64,000 bases of DNA from the NCBI GenBank assembly GCA_051313645.2, contig JBNRSN020000005.1, forward strand, positions 284,518,001 through 284,582,000. The letters run 5' to 3'. The DNA comes from Centroscyllium fabricii (lineage: Eukaryota). This document shows positions 49,764 to 61,764 of this stretch, piece after piece (the stretch's first letter is position 1; each line of letters begins with the position of its first letter). The translations under genes and the position numbers were made by a program. A model generated the notes under the pieces. It was not told the origin of the DNA and did no database searches. It worked only from the letters and a program-made list of their open reading frames with translations.

Positions 49764-52700
49764 ATGGTAAACCCAAGAAACCAAGATCCACGAACGCAGG
49801 GAGCTGGACAGAACGCCGGACGTGGACTAACTCTACCCGAGTTCTGGGAGCAATGGCCAGCGGCCTGGTTTATGTGTATCGAGACCAGCTGCCGCACACA
49901 TGGCATTCAAGGGGACGACCGCTACGACCTGGTGTTCTCAGCCCTTCCACAGACGACGATTGATCGGATGTGGTCAAAAATACAGCGCATGCCCGTCGCA
50001 GGCAGGTATGAAACCCTTAAGGCCGCGCTTATCAAAAAATTTACCCCCTCACAATTTGAGCGCGACTGCCAGCTCCTCGACCTCCCCGAGCTCGGGGACG
50101 CAGACCCATCGGACCTCTTAGGTCAGATGCAAGCGCTCACACCCAACCCGGCCTCCCTCTTCCGCACCGTCTTCCTCCTTAAACTACCCCGTGCCATCAG
50201 ACCGGCCTTGGCGGCCCTTGGCCATCGGAGCGATGACGAGCTCGGAGAGGAAGCCGACAGGCTCATGGAGGCCCAGCGCACCCGCTCAACCACGTGCGAC
50301 CCTAACTCCGCATCGGTAGAGCGCAGCCAATCACCCCCCAGGCATAACATTACGCCTGAACCTAGGGCCCCGCGCCCACCTAGACAACCGCGTCCCTCTA
50401 GCACCGGCTGGTGCTACTACCACACGCGGTTCGAACACAAAGCGCACCGCTGCGTCCAGCCATGCGCGTTCAAGCCACGGCCCAACTCAGCCCCTACCAT
50501 GTCTGTAGGCCACACAGGAGCACTGCTCTTCGCCACAGACAGCGGCACAGGCCTCAGGTTCCTCTGCGACACAGGCGCGCAGCACAGCATCGTGCCAGCC
50601 TCCCCTGCAGAAACCAAACAAGGCACCCGGGGCCCGCCACTAGCGGCAGCCAACGGCTCCAACATAAAAATGTACGGCACCCGCAAGTTAACCATTACCC
50701 TTGCAAGCCACGCGTACACCTGGGATTTTATAACGGCCCAGGTCACCTCACCCCTCCTCGGGGCAGACTTCCTCTGTGCCTACGGCCTACTGGTCGACGT
50801 AACTCGGCGCCGCTTGGTAAATATAAATACCATGACGACCATCCCATGCTCCACAGGGCCCGCACTCCTGGCCCACGCGGCAGCCCAATGCCGCTCCAGG
50901 GACTCCGATGCCTACGGCACACTCCTGGCAGAGTTCGCCGCCCTAACCAACCCCACGTTCACCGCCCGCAAGGCCAAACACGGGGTGGAACATTTTATCA
51001 CAACCACAGGCGCGCCCGTCCATGCCCACGCCCGTAGGCTCGACCCGGCCAAGCAGGAGATCGCGCGCACCGAGTTCCGCACCATGGAGCAACTCGGCAT
51101 AATCCGCCGCTCCAGCAGCCCCTGGTCCTCTCCGCTCCACATAGCCCCCAAGCCCGACGGAGGCTGGCGCCCCTGCGGCGACTACCGCCGCCTTAACAAC
51201 GCCACTACCCCGGATAGGTACCCCGTACCCCACATCCAGGATTTTTCCGCCAGATTAGCGGGCTGTACGATCTTTTCGAAGATCGACCTGGTGCGTGGCT
51301 ACCACCAGGTTCCGGTGCACCCGGCGGACATTCCTAAAACGGCCGTCATTACCCCCTTCGGACTCTTCGAGTTCCTTAGGATGCCCTTCGGCCTTAAAAA
51401 CGCGGCCCAGGCCTTCCAGCGCCTCATGGACTCAGTCATACGGGACTTGAAGTTCATTTTCGTCTATCTAGACGACATCCTCGTGGCCAGCACCTCCCCC
51501 CAGGAACACCTCCTGCACCTCAGGACCCTGTTCCAGCGCCTGGCCGAACACGGCCTTATCTTAAGCCCCACCAAGTGCAAATTCGGCCTCGAGACTATTG
51601 ACTTCCTCGGCCTCCGCATTTCCCAAACAGGGGCCATACCCCTGCCCTCTAAGGTGCAGGCGGTACAAGAATTCCCCCGCCCGCACTCCATTAAAGGGCA
51701 GCAGGAATTCTTAGGCATGGTTAATTTTTATAACCGCTTTATCCCGGGAGCAGCCGCTCTCATGGCCCCCTTATACCAGGCTGCGGTCGAGTGGACGGCC
51801 GACGCCGCCACCGCCTTCACCGCAACTAAAACCGCCCTGGCAAACGCCACTCTCCTAGCCCACCCTAGGCCCAACGCCAGAGTAGCCCTAACCACCGACG
51901 CCTCCGACCACGCGGTCGGGGCCGTATTTGAGCAGTGGACCGGCAACTCGTGGCAGTCCCTGGCCTTTTTCAGCCGGCAACTCCAACCCCCAGAGGTTAA
52001 ATACAGCGCCTTTGATAGGGAGCTACTCGCTCTCCATCTGGCGGTGTGACACTTTCGTTTCCTCTTGGAGGGCCGCCACTTCACAGCCTTCAGCGACCAC
52101 AAGCCATTCACGTTTGCGATGGCTAAGGTTGCTGAACCCTGGTCGGCCAGGCAGCAGCGCCAACTCGCGGCCGTGTCGGAATTTACAACCGACATCCAGC
52201 ACATTTCCGGCCGTAACAACGTGGTCGCTGACTGCCTCTCACGCCCCACCATTAACGCCGCCCAAATGGCGGTCGATTACGCCCAGCTGGCCGCGGACCA
52301 GCTGGCCGACCCTGACCTACTCAACGCAGCAACCAATCTCCCCGGCCTCCACTTGGCCAGTATTGCGCACGGCCCCGCTGCCACCGTCGTCTGCTGCGAC
52401 GTATCCTTGCCGCAACCCAGGCCAGTCGTACCCCACGCTTGGAGGCGACACATATTTAGTACCCTCCATGACCTGTCCCACCCCGGCGCCCGTGCATCCA
52501 TTAAATTAATATCGGCCCGATTCGTATGGCGCGGCCTGCGCAAGGACGTCCGTGCCTGGGCCAGCTCCTGCATAGCCTGCCAGCGCTCCAAAGTGCATAA
52601 GCACATCAGGGCACCGCTGGAAAATTTTGAAGTGCCTGCCAGACGTTTTGACCATGTCCACATCGATCTCGTCGGGCCTCTACCGCCATCCCGGGGCCAC

Positions 52701-53630
52701 ACGCACCTAATGACCATGGTCGACCGCAACTCTCGCTGGCCAGAAGCAGTCCCCCTCACCGCCACCGGCACCACGGACTTGGCCAGGGCGTTCATCGCCA
52801 CCTGGGTCGCCCGCTTCGGCGTGCCCACAGACATCACCTCCGACAGAGGACCCCAATTTACGTCGGCATTATGGGCGGCCATCGCCCGCGACCTCGGGGT
52901 GACACTACACCGAACCACCGCATACCACCCACAGGCGAACGGCCTATGCGAACGGTTCCACTGCTCGATGAAGGCATCACTACGAGCCACACTAAAAGAC
53001 GCATCGTGGACCGACCGCCTTCCATGGGTCCTCCTCGGGCTGCGCTCGGCAGTCAAAGAAGACCTCAACACCTCGGCAGCGGAGCTCGTCTACGGCCAAA
53101 CTTTAACGGTGCCGGGCGAGTTCCTGGCTGAGCCCAACGCTCCCTGGTCAGCCGACCAGTATTTAAAAGATTTCGCCAACCCGGCACGAGCTTTCCAGCC
53201 ACTACCAGTGGCCCGGCACGGAGAGCCGGCAGCTCGGGTGCCGAACAACATTAAAAACGCGAAATTCGTGTTTGTCCGGCGCGACGGACACCGATCTCCA
53301 CTACAGCCAACTTACGATGGCCCCTACAGAGTGCTTCGGGCGGGAGCTAAAGCTTTCGAGTTACAAATGGGCAACAGGACTGACACTGTGACAATAGACT
53401 GGCTCAAGCCGGCACATGTGATAGCGGGTGAGACCACGGTCCCCGCACAACCACCACAACGCGGTCGCCCTCCCGCAACAAATCCCGCCCACACTCCACC
53501 GCAGAACCAGGAGCAACGAACAACACGGTCCGGCCGCATCATCCGGCCACCCCAACGGCACAACATAGACTCTGTCACTATTCCTCCCGGACGGATTCTG
53601 GGGGGAGCTGTGTGGCGGCACGCCCACTGA
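49764..53630 (+). pseudogene. C1 gag-pol, single frame with one stop (52047-52049)
   Basis: LCDTGA protease, YLDD RT, TDAS RNase H, HHCC/DDE integrase and a GPY module; both ORFs are in one frame. Confidence 0.92.
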
Positions 53631-54127
53631 GACGTCGAATCCGCCACAGGGACTCCGCGGAGCAAAGCACCGCTCATCCGGGTGACGCGACGACGTCATC
53701 ACGTCGGCCGACGCGATGACATCACCAACCGCGGGACTGTTTAAATACGATTGCTGCGAGTGGTTCACTCTCTTTCTTGTTTTACTTAGTGTAATAAAGC
53801 TGTGTTTTCTCTAGCTCTGGCTCACGTGTGGTTCCTAGGCCTGCCGGCGCTACAATTACAAGCATTACCACAGTAGGGTCCTTAATGGTACAACAATATA
53901 TACATAGTGGTAAATGCAGGATTACCACAGCGCCCCAAACCCAAGTTTTCCCCCACCGGCTCATAATGATCTCACTCCTTGCAGCAAGAAGATACATTCT
54001 CCCTGTTGTGGCATAATCCAACACCTCCCACAACAAATGTGGTCTAAGGACATGGGAGGCATTTACCAATGAAAGCAAATAATGTATGGGCTGCACATAA
54101 AGGTAGGGTAACACCAAAAGATATATT

Positions 54128-54860
54128 GGCCTGGATTTTGAGGTCAGCGGCGAACAAACGGCCCTCATTGTTCATTACACTTACAGCTGCTCACAGACAT
54201 TTTGTGGGGTTTTGAGCAGCAACTTATGGTCATCGGGAGTCCGATACAGTGTGGCGCCCTCTACAGGGGGTCTGGGACCTGTGTGAACAGAGCAAGCAAC
54301 TGCATATCTCCTCAACCAATCAGTTTGAAGTATCCTTACTGAGACTGGCAGTGTCTAAACCAGGAAGTGTAAGTTAGAATATTTAATTCAATGTAAATTC
54401 ATGTACAGAAAGCAAAATCAAGAAAGGGAAAGAAAGATGGGTTAAACAGAGAGATTGAAAGAGACAAAGACTTTTTTTTAAAATTTAAATAACCAACAAT
54501 AATTAAAATCTGAAGGCATGAGACTCTGCACTTGTAAAAGTAAATTTTCAGTTCCAGAGAGGTTGTTTGGCAGTAATTAAGACTTATGATGCTGTTAAAA
54601 TATAGTTAAATTTGAATGGACAAGCCCTAACTTTTTCTGGCGTGTTTAGCAGTTATCTAGTGGGTTAGTACTGCACCTTCATGCCATTGCATTTGTTTGA
54701 ATGCCGAATCTTTTGGATAAATACTGTTGGAGCAAAGCTTGTGGGGGAGCAGAACTACTCAGACAGCAATGTGCGGATGCTGGAAGTTGCTGTCCGATTT
54801 ACTCCTTAATAACGGTGAGCACTGATAGCTCACCGTTATTCTAACCGCAAAATCCGGACC
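54128..54860. mobile_element. Harbinger-type MITE
   Basis: TIRs ggcctggattttg / caaaatccggacc; TSD not matched. Confidence 0.6.
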
Positions 54861-55228
54861 ACAGGGGAGGGATTTTCCTGGAGGTGCGGGAACCTGGCGG
54901 GGATTGGTCAGGGCGGGTTCCTGACCCACCCGGCCAAGGGCCTCGGAAGCCCACACTATTTTCGCCTAATCACTCAATCAAATCCCCGCGTGCGGGGTGC
55001 CTCTGGTAAGTGCAGAAGTCTAGTTGCCAATTCCAGGGCTCAAACAGCATTGTAGGAGGTTTTCAGACAGCTGCGGGAACTGTATGTTTACAGTTCCCAT
55101 GGAAACACTCCACTATGACATCACAGTGGAGTGAAAACAATGGGAAAGGCCAAGTGCTGTTGAGTGACAGGTGGGTGGGCGGGCTCCGAATCTTTGACAG
55201 CTAGGTGCTGGCTGTCAGTAAATCTGGG

Positions 55229-58200
55229 TGACGTATCGTCAATTCCCTTAATAAAAGACTAAACGAGTAGTGACCTTAACTATAGGCTTTTATTAACTAA
55301 CTTTGGAGCTACCCCCCGATCGAACATCCATAACAGAATGAGGGAGCCTGGTCAGTCCTCACCTATAAAGGGCCTCACCTGGGGGAGGAGTTAGAGGTGT
55401 GGCTGACCTGGCTCCACGACAGTGTTGCAAAGCGATGTAACATACAAAGCCAATATTGGCGACAATATTACAGTGGTGACGTATACACAATATGGTTACC
55501 ACATTCACCCCTTCTTGAAAATTTAAGTCCGGCGGGGTGAATGGACAGAGCAGTTCATTATGAGCTTGTCCGGCGGTCGTGTCTGTCTGGAGGACCGCCG
55601 GGGCTCCGGTGAAAGTTCGTCATGTTCCGTCCTGCTCGAGTCCGGTGGTGGTGACAGTGACTCTGGTGCCGAAATTCGGATGCTGGTGGTCTCAATTGGT
55701 CCGAGCCATCGGAATGGTGGTCTTGGGCTGGCCACGGCTGGGGCTCTGGATACCTCGGAGGCCACTGTAGATGCAGGGGGTGTTCTAGATACTGTGGCTG
55801 GGCGGGCTGCTGCCCGACCAGGGGCTCTGCTGTGGTGCTCACTGCGGGAGCCAGGTCCCTGATGGAGACGGTGTTCTTGCGCCCATCCGGGAACTGCACG
55901 TATGCATATTGAGGATTCGCATGCAGGAGCTGCACCTTGTCCACCAGGGGGTCGGTCTTGTGGCCACGGAAGTGTCTTCTAAGGAAGACCGGCCCCGGTG
56001 TCGTGAGCCATGGAGGAAGAGCTGGCCCCGAAGTCGACTTCCTGGGAAAGGAAACAAATCAAGTCATGAGGGGTGGCGTTAGTGGCTGTACACAGGAGAG
56101 AGCGTATTGAATGCAGCGCGTCTGGGAGGACTGCCTGCCAATGGGCCACTGGAAGGCCTCTGGACTTCAGAGCCAGGGTGACCGCCTTCCAGATGATCCC
56201 ATTCTCCCTTTCTACCTGGCCGTTCCCCCAGGAGTTATAACTGGTCGTTCTGCTCGTGGCAACCCCTTTCTGGAGCAGACGCAGTTCATCGCTCATGAAC
56301 GATGACCCCTGGTCGCTATGGATGTAGCTGGGGAGACCGAAAATGGCGAACAGCGTGGTGAAGTGTTTTATCACCGTTGCGCTCGTGATATCTGCGCAGG
56401 GGAAGGCGAAGGGGAAGCGGGAGAACTCATCTACGACCGTGAGGAAGTATGAGTTGCGGTCGGTGGTGGGGAGGGGGCCTTTGAAGTCCACGCTTAGACG
56501 TTCAAAGGGGCGGGTAGCCTTAATGAGTGCACCGTGTCTGGCCGGAAAAATTGGGGTTTGCACTCGGCGCAAACAGGGCACTCTCGGGTCATAGCCTTGA
56601 TCTCCGTGATGGAGTAGGGGAGGCTACGAGATCTAACAAAGTGGGTGAGTCTGGTGACACCCGGGTGGCAAAGGCGGTCGTGGAGGTCCTTCAGCCGGTC
56701 TAGCTGGGCACTGGCGCACGTTCCCCTGGACAGTGCGTCCGGGGGTTCATTGAGTTTACCTGGTCGGTAAAGAATGTCGTACTCGTAAGTCGAGAGTTCG
56801 ATCCGCCACCGCAGGATCTTATCATTCTTGATCTTACCCTTCTGTTTATTATTAAACATAAACGCCACCGACCGCTGGTCGGTGAGAAGGGTAAAACTCT
56901 TACCGGCCAGGTAATGACGCCAGTAGCGCACGGCCTCCACGATGGCCTGGGCCTCCTTTTCCACTGCAGAGTGGCGAACTTCGGGTCCCTGTAAGGTGCG
57001 GGAGAAAAACGCTACGGGCCTGCCTGCCTGATTCAGGGTGGCAGCAAGGGCAAAGTCCGAAGCGTCGCTCTCCACCTGGAAGGGAATGGTTTCATCAACA
57101 GCGTGCATGGTCGCTTTCATGATGTCCTCCTTTATCCGGGCGAATGCCGTTTGGGCTTCTACCGAGAGGGGGAAGACGGCAGCCTTGAGGAGTGGTCTAG
57201 CCTTGTCCGTGAACTGTGGGACCCATTGTGCGTAGTAGGAGAAAAATCCTAGGCATCTCCTCAAGGCTTTGGGGTTGTGAGGTAGGGGCAGTTCTTGTAG
57301 GGGATGCATACGCTGTGGGTCGGGGCCGAGGACCCCGTTCTCCACCACGTATCCGAGGATGGTGAGCCAGTCTGTATTAAAGACACATTTGTCCTTGTTA
57401 TACGTAAGGTCCAGCTTTTCCGCCGTATCGAGGAATTTGGCCAGGTTGGCATCGTGGTCCTGCTGGTCATGGCCGCAGATGGTCACGTTGTCCAGGTTAG
57501 GGAAGGTGGCCCGCAACTCATTCTGGTCAACGATGCGGTCCATCTCCCGTTGGAACACTGACACTCTGTTGGTCACGCCGAAGGGGACCCAGAGGAAGTG
57601 GTAGAGCCGACCGTTCGCCTCGAAGGCGGTGCACGGGCGGTCGGCTTTCCGGATCGGGAGTTGGTGATACGCCGACTTAAGGTCGATCGTGGAGAACACC
57701 TTATATTGGGCGATCTGGTTGACCATGTCCGAGATGCGGGGGAGGGGGTAGGCGTCGAGCCCGGTGTAGCGGTTAATGGTCTGGCTGTAGTCGATAACCA
57801 GCCGCTGTTTCTCGCCAGTCTTCACCACTACTACCTGGGCCCGCCAGGGGCTGGTGCTGGCTTCAATTATCCCCTCCTTTAGCATACGCCCGACCTCCGA
57901 CCTGATAAACGTGCGATCCCCCACACTGTACCGCCGACTCTTTGAAGCAATTGGTTTGCAATTAGGGTCGAGGTTGGCGAACAGTGAGGTGGGGTCGATT
58001 TTCAGGGTGGAGAGGCCGCAGGCCGGGCTCCGCTTTGGGAAGGGACTGTCCCGGCTACTGACGGTGAGGGGGTGCAGGGTCCCGCCGAACTCCATTGTCA
58101 CGCTCTTGAGGTGGCACTGGAAATCCAGACCTAGTAAGGCTGGGGCACACAACTGCTTGAGGGTGTACAATTTAAAATTATGGTACACGCAACCCTTGAC

Positions 58201-60039
58201 TGTGAGCGTGACGGAGCAGTAGCCGGTGACATCCGCGGTGTGGGACTGTGAAGCAAGGGAGACTTGGTAGCACGTGGGCAGGATCTGCTGTCCATAGCGC
58301 TGCGCTGTATCGGGGTGTACAAAACTCTCTGTGCTTCCAGTGTCGAACAGGCAATTGGTAATATGGCCGTTAATTTTGATCGGCATGATCGAGTTTGATA
58401 GATTGTGTGGCCTAGCCTGGTCTACTTTGGGTATGGCTGAGGCCGAAGTGTGCCTTTGTGTGTGGGGGCCCCCTGCTTGTTGGGGCTGTACACAAAATAG
58501 CGGCGCCCCTGGCTCGCACATGGCGGGGCACTGGAGACAAGATGGCGGCGCCGAGGGGTCGCACATGGTGGGCCGCTGGAGACAAGATGGCGGCGCCCAT
58601 GGTTCGCACGCAGCTGATCGTTGTGAGCGCGCTGGCGGCGCCCGTGGTTTGCACGCAGCGGGCCGCGGTGACTGGGTTGGCGGTGCCCTTGGTTCGCAAG
58701 CAGCGAGCCGCGGTGGTTGGGTTGGCGGTGCCCGTGATTCGCATGCAGCGGGCCGCGCTGGGTCTGGCACTGGCGTTGGGGGGTCGCGCTTGGCCGGCCG
58801 TGGCTGAGCTTGGCGTGCCGTGGGTGCAGCCGGCCTTTGCCGCATCAGGGTGGGAGATGGGGGTGCTTTTCTTCTACCCCCGGACCGTCGCTGGATCGCG
58901 CTGCTATTGCAGCTTACCTGGGTCCTGGCGGAGCTTTCACAGGCTGCGCTGTTGTACCTGGAGTTGGGCGCTACTGGTGCTGATCTGCAGGCCTTCGCAT
59001 AGTGTCCCTTTTTGGAGCACCTCTCACAGGTCGCGGTCCTCGCTGGGCATCTCGCTCGCGGGTGCAGTCTCTGACCGCAGAAGTAGCATCGTTTGTCCTT
59101 TGCGGCTGTCGCAGCCATCGTGGGGGTCTCGACCCATTGTGGTGCTGCCCAGGCCTGGGCCCGTTGTGGCGCGGCCCACGCGTCGTAGACCTGCGGGTTT
59201 GTGCCGCTCTACGCCTGCAGTTTGTTGCGTGCCCCCTCTACAGAGTTAGATGTGGAGATCGCCTCCTCTAGAGTCAAAGAGTCTTTTTCGAGCAGCCGCT
59301 GGCAGGCTTCCACACACCTCAGGCCTGTTACGTAGGCATCACGGACGAGGAGATTCACCTCTTCCTCTGCTGTCCGTGCTTGGCAGCCACAGACCCGTAC
59401 CAGGGCTTGGAGTGCTTGTTCAAATTGTTCATTTGACTCACCCGGTAGTTGCGGTCTGGTCGCGAGCACATGTCTGGCGTAGACCGAGTGGACCGGGCGC
59501 TCGTAGCATTTCCGCAGTTTTTCCACTGCCGCTGGGTAGGTTTTGGCATCTCTGATGAGGGAGAATACTCGGCTGGAGATCCTAGACCGGAGAACCTGCA
59601 GTTTGTTCCCGTCGGTTGTAGCCTTGACGGCGTCCATATAGGCCTCCAGGAGACCGAACCAGTGTTCGAACGTGGTGGCGGCGGCTGGGTCCTGTGGACT
59701 GGTGTCCAGCTTCTCTGGCTTTACTGCACCGCTCTCCATTTCAAATTTTCTTAGTTAATAAAATTGACGTATCGTCAATTCCCTTAATAAAAGACTAAAC
59801 GAGTAGTGACCTTAACTATAGGCTTTTATTAACTAACTTTGGAGCTACCCTCCGATCGAACATCCAGAACAGAATGAGGGAGCCTGGTCAGTCCTCACCT
59901 ATAAAGGGCCTCACCTGGGGGAGGAGTTAGAGGTGTGGCTGACCTGGCTCCACGACAGTGTTGCAAAGCGATGTAACATACAAAGCCAATATTGGCGACA
60001 ATATTACAGTGGTGACGTATACACAATATGGTTACCACA
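55229..60039 (-). mobile_element. Ty3/Gypsy G4 (same family as G1); LTRs 55229-55503 and 59765-60039
   Basis: 275-bp LTRs with about 2 differences by eye, 5-bp TSD CTGGG, PPT. Confidence 0.95.
55523..59739 (-). pseudogene. G4 gag-pol, disrupted by stops and frameshifts
   Basis: ORF fragments 59209-59739, 56494-59118, 55979-56581 and 55558-55944 are homologous to G1/G2; RT motif reads NLDN. Confidence 0.9.
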
Positions 60040-61764
60040 CTGGGAAGGTATGATTTCTAAGTTTTTGGCCACAGCTGGTCTTCACCCAACGGAGTGACTT
60101 ATTCCTCCAGGGTGTTGAAGGCCTGGGAAGCATTTTGCTGTAGGTCCTTCAACACCTTGAAGGAGAAAGTTAGGAAGACCACTGTGCTCCCACTGGGTTT
60201 TCACCAGCGGGGTTTTAGGATGGCGGGGTTAGGGTGGGAAGTGGTTGAAAATTGCTAAGGGCCCTTAAAATGGCATTACACATGCCAATTAAGGGCCCTT
60301 AATGAGCTGTCCAACCATCCCCACCGGCTGCCGGCAGGAAAGATTCAGGGCAAGGAGACAGGGTGGCAGAAAATGCAAAAGTGGCGGGGATCCGGCGCGG
60401 GGGTGCGGGGGGGGGGGGCTCGCGACCCACCGGTTCCGCTATTTTGACATCCGACCCGCCAAAAACCCCGCCTCACGGGGACTTGAAAATTTTGGCCATA
60501 GTATCTGCCTCTCATCTACCCCAAGCCTTCACAACTGAGGATACAGGCATCAGTACCTTATGCAACCTCGACAAGCATCTGCTGCTGTCATAATCTATTG
60601 CAGTGCTTTGCACCCCTCCCCCTAGCAGGCCCCTAGCACCTCCTGACTAGGCCTATCATAGAGTACCCCTCACCCTCATGTATAGATTTGTATAACTATA
60701 TATGACTATCACTGCATTTACCTGCCAGTATTGTCAAATCTTTATTATAAAAAATATAAGGCACTACCTTTTCAAACCACATCCTGACTGAACATCTATA
60801 CTCCTTGTATAAAATAACATTTTTATAAAAGCAAAGAAGTGATATTGTTATTGTGTTGTCTTGTTTGTAAAATGACACTATTGAGAGTATAATTACCAAA
60901 CACTATTAGAAACTGTGTCATGTCAAATGTGTCTGGAGCATATGAATATAATATGTTCATTACACAAGACACAGCTATGACAGAATGTGTAGTAGAAGAA
61001 AATGGAGAAAGATCGCCAGGCATGTAAGAAGGACACAGCAATATTTTCTAATTTAACATGAGGGACTTCAGTTGAAAGTAATGTCATCAATAGAGATTTA
61101 TGCATTTTGCGAAGCAGTTGGAATAAAGCTGTTATGGTTCTACTTGCACATGTGAATTGCAAGAAATTATTTATTTTAAATGGCTTTTCAAATGTGTTAA
61201 TAATCAAATGATCTATCTTGAATCAAGGTTAATCAATTGTATTATACACAATATTTAGGGTAAGTATGAAGTAACAAAAATTGAAAGGTTGCCGAAAGCA
61301 TAACAATTGCCAAAGATTTTATATTGTCCTTGTTACCCGTTTTTGATCACGTATGGTAGTACAGCCTGTAAGGAATACAGGTACCCCTGTACTGCCATAC
61401 GATTGGTCCCACCCTATAAATGTAGGGCATACCATAAACATCAACAACAGGAATGTATTGTAGCAGATGTGTGCACAATGTCTTCAGAGAAAACAGTCTT
61501 TTGCATATACAATGTAAAAAGTTATTTCAGACTGGCACAGTTTACTTTCTAAAAGATTTGCATGCACTGGGACTTATCATTCAATCAAAAATCTTAGTGG
61601 TATAATAAAGGGCTTGGTGTAGTACTTGCAAGTCATATATTGTTGCAATGTCCATTCATTCTCCTTTAGTAACTATATTATGACAGTGAAACCCAATTTA
61701 CTGGGAATTTATAAAGCAGAAATTAGTTTTATGTTAGATACAAAGTATTAAATTAAAAAGATGT

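Larger units (their letters stand above)
49432..53854 (+). mobile_element. CsRn1-clade-like Gypsy element C1; LTRs 49432-49675 and 53611-53854
   Basis: 244-bp LTRs tgtggcg...cgctaca, 4-bp TSD ATTG/ATTA (one mismatch), PPT ggggggagctg, and a CHCC-type gag knuckle [18 protein letters not shown]. Confidence 0.93.
45054..53929 (-). mobile_element. Ty3/Gypsy G3 (same family as G1); 3' LTR 45054-45342, 5' LTR 49214-53929 split by element C1
   Basis: 5-bp TSD GCGCC, PPT, and LTR halves 49214-49431 plus 53855-53929 reconstitute the 3' LTR sequence. Confidence 0.93.
44369..53954. mobile_element. GC-rich Harbinger-type MITE (about 0.7 kb of its own sequence) hosting G3
   Basis: TIRs gggggaaaaattggg / cccaagttttccccc, flanks act and acc. 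Confidence 0.72.
54865..60498. mobile_element. Probable Harbinger-type non-autonomous element hosting G4
   Basis: GC-rich subterminal motifs like the other MITEs on both sides of G4; TIRs match only weakly. Confidence 0.4.
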
